DNA from: a virus
Virus record (IMG/VR): IMGVR_UViG_3300032223_002784
Coordinates: 27,985-91,984 of that record
Direction: 5' to 3' (one strand)
DNA: 64,000 bases
A model generated the notes under the pieces. That model was not told the origin of the DNA and did no database searches. It worked only from the letters and a program-made list of their open reading frames with translations. Position numbers and translations under genes: made by a program. This document shows positions 21,001-30,200 of the stretch, one piece after another; within the stretch, counting starts at the first letter, position 1, and the number at the start of each line of letters is the position of its first letter.

Positions 21001-21983
21001 CCAGAAGAAGAAAACCTGGCGTAGACATATCTTTGATTATAGTTTGGGCTTGTTATATTTGCTGGATTAATTTTAGAAAAATAAGTTCTTACTGCTACCC
21101 CAGGCCATGCCGTTGTTGTTCCACCAACAGTATAGCTTGCTGGCGTATATCCATCTGCAGCATATGTTATTGTTGGGGCTGAGCCAGATGTAGATTCAAT
21201 TTCCCAAATATCAATAGCATCAAATGCACCTTTTGCCATTTCTGATGTATTTGTAACTGTTGCTACATATCCATTAATTGCATTTACCACATTTATTGTT
21301 GGTGGATTAAGATTAAGTACATAAGTTGGTACGCTGGTTGCACATACTGTAGCACTTACGTTATTAAGTACATCTGCTACAGACACACAAATTGCAGTAA
21401 GTTGTGGTGTAAAAATATTGAAAAGATAAGTGTTTATTGCTTTTGTTACATATATTACTTGAGATGTTGTTCCTGCAGCTATTGGGTATCCAGTATACCT
21501 ATTTGTTACTGCAGAAGATCCAGTTCCCGCCGTTAATGACACTATAAATTGAGACATTGTTGTGTTTGTAGATAAAGTTGGATCCCAAGTAAATGATATC
21601 TGTAAATCATCTCCAGAGCCTGCTGTCCAAACCCCAGCAACATAAGTTCCCCAAGCTGCTACAACATTTGTTGGATCAGTTGGAACAATTACTGTTGGTC
21701 CACTACCCCCTGGATATACTACTGGCGGTTGATTATTTATTGGAGGAATAACAAAAGAATCTGGATTTCCTGGCAATTTTGTTACAAGAGAAGCATCTGA
21801 ACGAGATGTTAAATTAGCCATATTGATTGGTCTTCCAGTACCATCAACAATTACAACTTCTGCACCTTGTCTTGCTAAGGTCTGAGCATACTTACCATTT
21901 TTTAGGCGTGGGTCATTAACATCAATGAAGACTGTTTGTCTTTTACCAACCGTATTAGGAGATTGGTAATTGTTTTTTGCCAT
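15042..21983 (-). CDS. Giant tail fibre / host-specificity-like protein with FN3 and beta-rich repeats
   Basis: 2313 aa downstream of the tail-tip genes; FN3 motifs; IAANQIQAGAVTA spike-type repeats. Confidence 0.75.
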   Translation of the reverse strand: MAKNNYQSPNTVGKRQTVFIDVNDPRLKNGKYAQTLARQGAEVVIVDGTGRPINMANLTSRSDASLVTKLPGNPDSFVIPPINNQPPVVYPGGSGPTVIVPTDPTNVVAAWGTYVAGVWTAGSGDDLQISFTWDPTLSTNTTMSQFIVSLTAGTGSSAVTNRYTGYPIAAGTTSQVIYVTKAINTYLFNIFTPQLTAICVSVADVLNNVSATVCATSVPTYVLNLNPPTINVVNAINGYVATVTNTSEMAKGAFDAIDIWEIESTSGSAPTITYAADGYTPASYTVGGTTTAWPGVAVRTYFSKINPANITSPNYNQRYVYARFSSSGGVYTTFSTPGKPATPQTLGYVNTTQPSDVVVGTPTWGGVTSTTASGSISATSITVGSATNIVAGMSVFGTGIGSAALVASSYTPGSTTVPLTVANYSAVSGTISFLPAANSLNNIYIPFTLPTSNAGVRYVTTLNSANGATGKFYFYPTTSSITITGMSGDGTYATYYTSSTVSVGSSVTISGATPSGYNGTYSITSLVTGGFKVLNATTTTVGTATGVTGNVIGVNQTQVISLSDLTGQFGASNISTAYTGTLNSYSSVDVSSTGTAISIATRLNPLITTIPVARVVPITNGYISTFDFTTTPYAIAGEIYESYTAYTTYALTNDFPDYMTGSVATATGGSNVASQNLLTVNNVLDDNGITAIADFRNYPGYLITGAGVPANTFVSAITLLSAGTYQLTLSTYNTSTSSVVASNLTTTASGTYTFTSIVYTGGGPATIPSIFYAPRNVIVRYVDAFGYESLSSNVVSVTPSNPAVIITTAPNPPSIASTAQALNSITIQLQTTATSTKGYFLSYGTTGTLQANMTMINIPSVNFVSGTSTTNYSIPNLTPGTSYDFIAQAYDQYNNVGVNSTTLTSSTTTQTVATPTGLSVSAKSYSALASWNDMSLASPTTTISTYGVLLFDNTNIITKTATAGAINTFTITFANTTGLSVGMAVSGTGIGTGAEITAINAGTSVVTLNVKNTAAVTGNTITFYPLLFEQYTPGTTFAISGLVASTSYGVAVYTKDIYNVESIPTNPVTVTLNALGGSNDGVASNGLTVSPTITPMFGALQVAWPLVSNPDPVTYEVHISTTNNFTPDRNTAIVTGAQVSGANIIYTTSATHTFIAGQTISLSGISPTFGISNATVLASPAPTSTTFAVSNNIGATGSIIGQYATAMAYSTTLAIQTSSTFALIKALPGATYGAATTQLVYFSSGTTPQVYYTKVVAKDFNGAAAASPQASGSTLQVSNGDVAANTIAANQIQAGAVTASQVDATILNTKSFRVGSTSPYAIYIDGSGTYSNIQTAQPVNRLYSGTGVWFNNGTPFYIDTAGYFSLNDQFKFDPSTNALTATGTINATAGNFAGAMTVNSGTMKIGKGVNPINIPVSGTAAGSLDGMYINNYNQWYSNGYFSVGASGNQVVWDQNALNISGQVNASRGSFNGPLLISSTGSIIAATSYTISNVVATTTYTTYTISPAAASTFVAGQSVTVVGVYPSVFNVTSGTILATPAPSTTSFSVASTGLNTYTYANSGTAMLTNSGGRVTIQSNNISAYDSSGNPTTQILGNVTTGTGTFTTTDARIGNWIVGTNSIQNLGSAGSYVGINSLAAASYSIWAGSTASGGDNTKFAVTPSGTLYANNAIITGGTLDVGSIVQPLKLTTSAATASGTTLTFTTTATTINGASVSPVAGMVVYAYTAAGIPLLPAGTTVSSVTSTTVVLSASVSANIPTSTVIIFRPASGAHIGTDGTLYASSAYLSGPINATGGSFTGNVLISGGSLYSPQTSGTLPASGTPGLIFNPSGLYAWTSGSTSTQLLTTPSTAPDGTLYNLYSTAAYLGGWTINASKIASISSGGNGNIALDSSAGTISVSNGSVAGYSAGIYGAATTTGTNVFWAGTGGAAGDSTTNAFRVTLGGKLYARGADITGAITVSTAGTASTKNIITIDAAKDWISLGDVAGTAYLITRNNNVYLTAPAATSTQPWGGSSPSLTDSTAPTGTPFLAMGTSASGGGFKDSYGTRVNGIGMYTGAWDYFSTGSSSPFISATTTGLQLSGGPAVGMIIDKAGSTNFPTTAGILIYTSTNPTTYTPSTTYGSWATFSNGTINLSASTNTFISLFGPTLPTGSPTGATTNSVYMQAATGVYQAMNSSGIYMQANSNVFQSFASTGIVMQTLVPSNTYYYYNNGTQYFNAGTQYVKLGTNGLSINGLSVYGDISQSGTSDGAAGSSTLTTNANFLRTIMVAPNTVTSAGITAGDIIRGYAIYNAPAATTPQASSGYVGDLWVSY

Positions 21984-21995
21984 GATCCCCCCGTT

Positions 21996-22487
21996 TTATC
22001 TTGGACCTATTGCTATCCAATTCACATATAGCGATGCATTTGAACCAGAGCCATCAAGTGTTTTTGTGGTCCCAGGTCTATACAGTCTGTAAGAAAATCC
22101 TGTGGAGGTTATATTATATAAGCTAATTACAATGTCAGAGTTTGATGTTGAAAAAGAAGTTCCCGCAGAACATGTTGCTGTTACTACGGGTATTGAAGAA
22201 AATGCATTTGCCCCCGTTGTTGCATTTGCAAATGTAACTGTGTTTGTATAAATATTAGATGTAGCCGTATCGCTATGATATGAAGTTGCTCTTCCAAAAA
22301 GGATTGCTTGAGACCCTGAATCAAATTGATGAGAAAATGAGACTGAACTCCAGTCTACTGTTCCAGCCGAACCAAAGTTATTAGTTAGATTATTTAAACT
22401 ATCACTATGCTGATTTACTACGTTAATAACCTGATGCCAAGCTGCCAGATCTATAATAGAAGGATCTGATATTTTAACATATGCCAT
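21996..22487 (-). CDS. Minor tail protein with possible H-type lectin-like C-terminus
   Basis: AFSSIPVVTAT...ITSTGF...VNWIAIG. Confidence 0.6.
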   Translation of the reverse strand: MAYVKISDPSIIDLAAWHQVINVVNQHSDSLNNLTNNFGSAGTVDWSSVSFSHQFDSGSQAILFGRATSYHSDTATSNIYTNTVTFANATTGANAFSSIPVVTATCSAGTSFSTSNSDIVISLYNITSTGFSYRLYRPGTTKTLDGSGSNASLYVNWIAIGPR

Positions 22488-22553
22488 TTTTACCCGCCCT
22501 TTTTACGCTTATTTATAGTAACATTATACCATTTAATTGGTTTTTAGGCCATA

Positions 22554-25500
22554 TTATAGTGCTGTGCCTTTGCCAAGCATATTTAATACTAGGGTGGTTT
22601 TGAATCCTTGATCAAATGAATGAGAAACAGAATGAACAAAGTATGTTTGAGCATTAATTCTAGATAGGCTATATGTCAAAGTTATTACATCTCCCACCTG
22701 TATAAGTGGGTTTCCAAATATAGTTAATGAAGTATCTTTTGAGAACCCGTCAAATCCCTGGGCAATTACTTTTAACATTTTATTTGCAGAATCAGGGGAC
22801 TGTATCCATTGAGAATCTACTTGTGCAACTTCAGATGCATTTGCTGGATCAGTAATTTTTTCAAGCAAAACGGGATCTGATGGAGCTATAATTTCATGTG
22901 TCCAAAGATTAAGATTAATGTTAAAGGAATTTGTTGCATCTGATTGTTTGCTTAAATAAACCATGTGTGATGAGTTATTAACAATTGCCATCTTTGCCCT
23001 AAATCCAGTATTTATAGGTGTTGAGTAGGAAAGAGAATATTCATCAACATTTTGTTTTTGATAGTAAGATTGGTCAGTAGGTTGTGTGCCTGGGAAATAA
23101 TACCATAGATATTCAATTGGTAATACATCTACGGAAACTGCTGCTGGGGTAGTATATTGAACATCATATACATTTATTCCAACAACCTCTGGGGTTGTTT
23201 GCATCATGTAATTACTATACTTTGAATATAAATTTTGTCCTTGAATCAATCCATTTAAAAATTCTCTATCTTGATACCAGTAACTTACACTTCTTTCTCT
23301 TAATGGCTTTGTTGATGCATAAATTTCTCTTAAATTAGCAGAATTTGTTGAAGAACTAATTGTTGATGGATATGTTATACTAGTAATTGGGACTGGCAGA
23401 GTTGATGTGTAGAATCCAAACTTTGTTCCAACTGTGTTTATTGTAGATCCAGCATTAATATTTACTTTCTTTCTTAGCCCAGTCAACGTATTTTTTGCTG
23501 TTGTGCTCCACCCATATGCAATGTCAGAATTTGATAATGTTGCAGCTGTTTGCCATCCTGTAATTTCAGTATTATTTAAAAATACTTGTATAAGCTCTCC
23601 GTTATCTTCTCCCAGATTTGCATCTGTTCCATCTGAATAAAAATGAGCAACCTTTAATTTAAAAGCTTGATCTGTGGCTGCACGATATGAATAGTTGCTA
23701 GCTGCTCCAGAACCTGGCACTTTAACTAAAACTTTTTCAAAATTATTGATAATAGAGTTTACTGTTCCAGTTACTTCTGTCCATGCAATTACGGTTGGAG
23801 TTGTACTAACAACTTTATATATAGCCATGATATATCTATATATTGGTGTTGTGTATAGTTGGCCAGTTTTTGGATCTAATTGATTATACTTAATAAGTTC
23901 TACAAAATATGCTCCAGATGGACTTGATCCAGTCAAATTAAAAAATAAACCAGAGGCAGATACTGCAATATCTGGGAGATCAAATTTAACTGAGTATGTT
24001 TTGTATCCAGGATCTGTAACTGATGTTGGGTAAACCAAGCTTTTTGTTGAAGCTGGAGCGGTAAGTGCTATTTTATTCACGCTTGGGTTTTTTGGATCAG
24101 AGGTTGTGCTATTAATAATTGAAGTTGTTGAGGTTCCCGTTGTCATAGCATAAGACGAGCTTATTGTTGCTTCGGACAAACTCTTGCTTGCAATATTTGT
24201 TGCAACCCTTGTATGTGCTGAAGGAACCGTGCCAAAAAGGCCTCTTTGAACATTTGTAATGTATCCTGTCGGGGAAATAATAACATTGTAATCAGTTGCT
24301 GATGTTGGCATCCCATTAGAATCCAGAGAAGACACCGTAAGTCCTATTTGATTGTTCTTGATGTATCTATTAATTTCAGAAGATAATTCAATGTCACTTT
24401 TAACTGATACGGTAGATGAACCTACGGTATATTCTTTATAAACAAAAGATACAAGTTCATTTTCTATGACTGCATAACCATTATTATTCAATGTAAACGT
24501 ATGGAATATATCAAGAAGATCATTTGTATTTAATTGAAATTTATTTGCAGTCTGTGACATATCAGAAGCAAGGTAATTAAATCCAACAGAATCTAGAGTG
24601 GTCTGTTGCCATACAACATCGTTAGATGTAGTATAAATAAATGAAGGCGATTGTGCCACATTTGGATTTGTTGCATTTTGTAAAGCCAGGGATTGCTTAA
24701 TTTTTGGAGTTTGATATTTCAAAGCTATTTTTCCAGGTTTTGCTTTATTGCTTACAGAATATCCACCTTCAATTACACTTGAATCATTTATTGTAAGCTG
24801 AGATGTGCTATTGGATAAAACATCAGCCAAGCTTTTGAAGTTCATAACCCCATACTCATCAATCCAAGCACCTATTTGATAGGCTAGGAATATGTCTGCC
24901 AATGTGTCTACAATTGTAGAATCTCTACTATTGCAATAGAAATAGGCTAAATCTAATGGCATGGTCTTGCTATTACAGATCTTATACAAAGAGTCATAAT
25001 CATAATCTGTGAATCCCGCCAAATCTAAGATGTTGGTTATTACCTCAAATACTGGTTTTAGATTAGATACATAATCTGGCACTGGAGTTGTTTGAAGATA
25101 TCTGGTGACATCAAAACATTGGATCTTAACATCTTTAATGTCTGTCTCATCCCAAGTATCTGAGTAGAATACTCCTCCTGGGATATATGTTCCCGTTGGA
25201 GAGTTTACTTGAATAAAAGCTTTTGTTGTTGAGTCAAAATAAGACTTAAGCCTAAAATTAATATAAAATTTAATATTTTTTCTTAACATGTTTGACAAAA
25301 TATTTGTTGATAAATTACTTTGGCTGGCAAAAATAGGAATGAATGTTGTACTTGTTACAATAGGAATTGCAGTTAAATTAAGAGTTGCATCATTTGCATT
25401 GATTGAGGAAATTGGAACAAAGTTGTTTTTGCTGTCTAATGACTTACTGATATCAAGAGTTTTAACAAACTTGGTTAAATCAATTTCAAGTCTTGGAGAA

Positions 25501-26717
25501 ATTTCTACTACCTGCATTCTTGATGCATCTGAGGTAAAATTTGTATTTGAAGAGGTAAATGATGAATTTGTAGTTTTGCTGATTTGAGTAATAGTTATTT
25601 TTTTAAAAGATGTGTAAGGTGAGACTAGACCCGCATTAGTAATGGCTGGCATCGTAGACCATTTTGTTTTAGTCCATGCAGTGCCTGTCCAATAGAGCAC
25701 GAGCACTCCAGTAGTAAAAGAATCTGAATTGGCTGGAGGTGTTATTGAGGTACTTCCATCAACCGTAAGTATTGTTCCATCAAGATAGATATTTATGGTT
25801 GGAACAGTTATTAATGTATTAAATTTTATGACAAGCTTGTTTGAATTAATATTTTGTGAATATAGACCCGTAATGCTTAAAGATGAAGAATCTGAAACAA
25901 AATATTTGTATGGAGCCATATCATTTGCCAATGCATTTTTAAATACAGGGACTGGTGGGGATGCCATAGTAAAGCTTGGAGTTTGAATAATTGGACTTAC
26001 TGGAGAATATGTTGTAGGCTGACTGGTGAGTACAGAGCTTGTTACTTTTCTGAATGCTGTTGGAAATGTAGCATTAATATTTCCAGATCCAACATATGAT
26101 TCTCCTGGGCGGAAAAATGTGAATGGGCTTTCTGTAGGCCAAAGGGGGTTGTGTTGATAATCAAAATATGTAGTCTTGTATATTTCAGGCGTAGTATAAT
26201 AAATTGTTTTATTAGAGCCTTGATCAGAACTTAATGTGTTTACCTGCAATGTAAATGTAATTGATGTAATATTATCTGAAGTTCCAGATGAACCAATATA
26301 TGTAACAATTTTAGTCCAACCTAGGGAATTGATTTCTGCTGAAGATGAACCAAATTGAGTTGATGAACCACCTTGAGCAAATGCACTTAACATTACTGGA
26401 GTTGCATCACTTGTTTTCATATATGTTACTATCTTATATGCATTTCCAGCACTTACTGTTGTATTAGATGTATATACTACAGATCCTGTATTGCTTGTTA
26501 ATGCAAAGCTATTTGTTGTAAATCCCGCATAAGCATTAGCTCCTGTTATTCCCGCCACAATAGTGCTTGAGGTTGATACAGTTTCTGCTACACCAGTTCC
26601 TGCTACTGTAAGATATGGTGGATTAAATAAGTTTTGATTCCATTCGGCTGAAACAACTGGTTGCAATTCAATTGAACTGGAGTTCAAAAAGATATTTGAA
26701 GATACATTACTAAGCAT
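22554..26717 (-). CDS. Minor tail / tail-tip hub protein
   Basis: Second gene after TMP; GNPLIQVGDVITL C-terminal hub-like motif. Confidence 0.75.
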   Translation of the reverse strand: MLSNVSSNIFLNSSSIELQPVVSAEWNQNLFNPPYLTVAGTGVAETVSTSSTIVAGITGANAYAGFTTNSFALTSNTGSVVYTSNTTVSAGNAYKIVTYMKTSDATPVMLSAFAQGGSSTQFGSSSAEINSLGWTKIVTYIGSSGTSDNITSITFTLQVNTLSSDQGSNKTIYYTTPEIYKTTYFDYQHNPLWPTESPFTFFRPGESYVGSGNINATFPTAFRKVTSSVLTSQPTTYSPVSPIIQTPSFTMASPPVPVFKNALANDMAPYKYFVSDSSSLSITGLYSQNINSNKLVIKFNTLITVPTINIYLDGTILTVDGSTSITPPANSDSFTTGVLVLYWTGTAWTKTKWSTMPAITNAGLVSPYTSFKKITITQISKTTNSSFTSSNTNFTSDASRMQVVEISPRLEIDLTKFVKTLDISKSLDSKNNFVPISSINANDATLNLTAIPIVTSTTFIPIFASQSNLSTNILSNMLRKNIKFYINFRLKSYFDSTTKAFIQVNSPTGTYIPGGVFYSDTWDETDIKDVKIQCFDVTRYLQTTPVPDYVSNLKPVFEVITNILDLAGFTDYDYDSLYKICNSKTMPLDLAYFYCNSRDSTIVDTLADIFLAYQIGAWIDEYGVMNFKSLADVLSNSTSQLTINDSSVIEGGYSVSNKAKPGKIALKYQTPKIKQSLALQNATNPNVAQSPSFIYTTSNDVVWQQTTLDSVGFNYLASDMSQTANKFQLNTNDLLDIFHTFTLNNNGYAVIENELVSFVYKEYTVGSSTVSVKSDIELSSEINRYIKNNQIGLTVSSLDSNGMPTSATDYNVIISPTGYITNVQRGLFGTVPSAHTRVATNIASKSLSEATISSSYAMTTGTSTTSIINSTTSDPKNPSVNKIALTAPASTKSLVYPTSVTDPGYKTYSVKFDLPDIAVSASGLFFNLTGSSPSGAYFVELIKYNQLDPKTGQLYTTPIYRYIMAIYKVVSTTPTVIAWTEVTGTVNSIINNFEKVLVKVPGSGAASNYSYRAATDQAFKLKVAHFYSDGTDANLGEDNGELIQVFLNNTEITGWQTAATLSNSDIAYGWSTTAKNTLTGLRKKVNINAGSTINTVGTKFGFYTSTLPVPITSITYPSTISSSTNSANLREIYASTKPLRERSVSYWYQDREFLNGLIQGQNLYSKYSNYMMQTTPEVVGINVYDVQYTTPAAVSVDVLPIEYLWYYFPGTQPTDQSYYQKQNVDEYSLSYSTPINTGFRAKMAIVNNSSHMVYLSKQSDATNSFNINLNLWTHEIIAPSDPVLLEKITDPANASEVAQVDSQWIQSPDSANKMLKVIAQGFDGFSKDTSLTIFGNPLIQVGDVITLTYSLSRINAQTYFVHSVSHSFDQGFKTTLVLNMLGKGTAL

Positions 26718-27235
26718 TAGATCTCCGTAAATTCTATTTTGAGATCAACATAGTCATAACCTAAGTTTACTGCACCCGCTCTTCTCTTTTTTATGTTATA
26801 AGTAAATGTTGTCATAAAAGCATTATAAACTTGACCTGGGCTGGAATCAGCATCTACATATGTTGTAGCATCAGGTATTTTTGGATCAACTGTTGGAATT
26901 GTATCTTGAGCAAATATGAGCTTTACGTATACTGGCTGAAAAGCATTTGCCTCATAGAAAGCTTTTATCCATGCTCCGCCCTTGGCTCCATATACACCTT
27001 CTGAAGCACTATAATCAACAAGGTTGCTATCAAGTGTTGGAAGATCTACCCAATCTGCTGATATAACAAATTTCTTAGCAATTATAAACTTTCTTAAAGT
27101 TCCATCAGCCATTCTATCTGTTGACTCTATGAGGTTGTACGAAATATCAATCGGTTGACGATTATGGTCTGTTAGCTTGTACCAAGTTACATTATCTAGG
27201 GAGATCTGAACTCCTTGTGGAATTTGGAATATCAT
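26717..27235 (-). CDS. Distal-tail-like minor tail protein
   Basis: Immediately after TMP; RMADGTLR motif. Confidence 0.7.
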   Translation of the reverse strand: MIFQIPQGVQISLDNVTWYKLTDHNRQPIDISYNLIESTDRMADGTLRKFIIAKKFVISADWVDLPTLDSNLVDYSASEGVYGAKGGAWIKAFYEANAFQPVYVKLIFAQDTIPTVDPKIPDATTYVDADSSPGQVYNAFMTTFTYNIKKRRAGAVNLGYDYVDLKIEFTEI

Positions 27236-30200
27236 TGCGGTACCGCCTTTACCTTTGTATGAGTAACAGTAGATCCATTTTTAGTGGTCTTTTTTTCATG
27301 AGTTGCAAGTGTCTTTAATAGTTTATCATGAACTGCTTTAGCGGTAGCTGCAGCATTAGCACCAGCCTGTACGTTTACATGTACAGTTGTAGAAGCTCCG
27401 CCAGCTGCTGGAGCACCACTCAAAATTGGCATCTTTGCAACACTTAAAATTTTCTTATCTATAACTTTTACATTATTAGCAATTGCGTCAGTCAATGTTC
27501 CAAGTGCCTCTGAGAAGACATCTGTTCTGGCTTGAATTGTATCAATTTGTTCTTGTGCTTTTGCATCTTTAGTCCCAGCATTAAAATCTACTGTGGCTCC
27601 CGCTGCCTGCTGCTTAAGCATTGCAGCTTGCAAGAAGTTTCCAGATATGAGTGCTTCTTTTGCTTGATTTGCAAGATCTTGTCTTTGTTGATCATAATCA
27701 AATTGACGTTTCTTTTCAGCAGTTACTTTTTGCTCTGCTGCAAGTTGATCTTTAAGTCCTTTAAGAATTTTATTTTCAGCACCAACTCTTGCTTCCAAAA
27801 TCTTTTTGACTTTCTTTTCTTCTGCAGTTCCTGCAAATGGAGCTGATGCTGCTGCAGATGCTGCTGCTGTTTTTGCGTCTGCTGCTGCTTTTGCTTTTGC
27901 GTCTGCTGCTGCTTGAGCTGCTGCTGCTTTTGCTGCATCTGAGTTGTATTTAGCAATTTGAGCAGCAAGGGTTGCCATTGCTTTTGGATCTTTAATTAAT
28001 TTAGTTAAAGCTAATTTATCCAAATTCTTAATGAGTCCATCTGCTTCTGCAGTTGCAATCATCATGGATTTTCCAGTGTCCCCAACTACCGAATTAATTG
28101 TTGTAAATCTTTTAGCAAGATCTGTTTGTCCCATTTCATTAAGTTTTGCTGCAAGTAGTGTTCCAGATGTATATGCATCTAACCCACTTTTATCTAAGGC
28201 GTTCATTGATGCTATTAATGTCTTGGCAGTTGCATTTCCATCAATCATGCTTGTTCCTACTGTGCCAAATCCGTCAGCTAAATTCTTTTGTTCCTTATTT
28301 AAATCTTTATAGGTTTTTATAAAACCACGATTTATACTCCAAGAAGTGTTTGTAGCACCTGCTGCTGCAACTAGTTTACTCAACAATGTTTGTTGTGCAG
28401 TTCCAGCATCTTTTGTTGCGGGAATAATTTCTTTTAATGCTGCTTTAAGATACTGTGTTTTCCCAGCATATTGAAGCATTGCAGCAACCATCTTTTGAAC
28501 ACCTTTTGGATCCATGCCTGCTGCTACTTGTGCTGCAGCAAATTGCTTAATTGTTCCAACAACAGAGCCAACACTCTTATAGCCTTTAATTGCATCTGCA
28601 GTTTTCTTCATTGGATCATCTTTTCCAAGTTTTCCAATTGCTTGTGATGCTGCTTGAATTTCAGTTAATGTTTTTTGAGATGTAATTCCAGCTTGCTTTA
28701 TATCTTCTGTGAAATGAATTACTCTATCTGTAGGAGGCTTTAATGATCCCCCGAATGCGGTTATTGCTGCTGCACTTGCAGTAAATGATGCTTGTGCAAT
28801 TGCTTGATGTTCTTTCTCGGCCTTCATTAATGCGCCAATACCACCCGTTACAAGGCCTAGTGCAGCTCCTGCTGCTGCTCCCCAAGGTCCGAACATCATT
28901 CCCATTCCAGCCATGCTAGAAACGCTGCTAGTAATATTAGAAATATTTGAGCCCTTTGGTAATTGGCTGGCAATCATTTGACCGCCCATCATTAATCCAC
29001 CAGACAAGGCCATCTTTGACTGAATGCCAAGTTTTCCTTCTGGGGTCATTACTTTGCCCTTTATTTTTCCTAAAAGCCCAGTGTTTTGTGTAAACTTTCC
29101 ATTTTCCATACTTGGGCCAAATGGTTCTTCTGTTGGTCCAACAGTTCCATAATTTTCAAATCCTGGAAGGGAAGTTTGAGAAACAGATTGGCTTGTTGAA
29201 CGTACTTTAGGTGCACCTTCTTTAATTCCCGTAACAACTCCATCAACTAAATTTGTCGCTGCACGTTTTGTTGCTTTTGAAGGAGATGCTGCTTCTGCTG
29301 CAATATTAATTTCAGAAACAACATTTTCTGCAGTTCTTTTTGCTACAATTTCTCCAGCATCTCTTGCGCCTTTACTTAAATTTGGACGACTCAATATTTC
29401 AGTCATGCTTTCTTCTCTTGGCCCATAAACATGTCCCATTTCCATGCCTGTAGCAGAAGTATTTGACCTTCTTTCAAATAATGCTCGTGCTGCTTGACCT
29501 AGACTAGAGAAGCCTCTTACATTTGTTGATTTAACATTTTGTATTGGCTTTCTTGCTTTTGAAGGAGTTGTCTCTGTTGGCCTATCCGTTGCAGTTTGAA
29601 TAGATCCATAAACATCTGGATCTAATCCAAATACTTTTCTTATGACACCTTTATCAACATCCTTACTTATTAAATTTACTTCTTTTTCAACATCTTGACC
29701 CGCTTTTGTCCATGCCAATTTATATCTTTCATCTGCATCAGTAATATGCTTAAATGTATCATCATAATGCTTTTTAAGCTTATCGTTAAAATTCTTTACT
29801 ATCCCAGAGTATTCTTCAGCTATTGGGTCAAAGCTTCCTGCTGCAACTTGAGTTTTTGAAGGTTTAATTCCTCTTGCTTCTCCAATTCTTAATGCTAAAG
29901 GACTTAGGATTTCTTCATCCCTACCTGGGGCACCCGCACCTATTGAATTTTGGGCTCCTGATTGAAGTCTTACGGCATATTCTGGATACGTAGCAATTTT
30001 ATCTCCAGATCTTCCAATTCCCAGACCTTTAGCAAAACCTGGTAAATCTCCTTGAATCATAGCATTAATAAATGGTGCATATTTAGCTGCTTTATCCTTT
30101 GGAATAATTTTCTCACCTGGAGTTAATAATGCAGGATAAGTATCTCCATTTCCTGTTCCAGGGACTGTTCCCCCAGAGGCAAAACCTGGAAGATGCATTT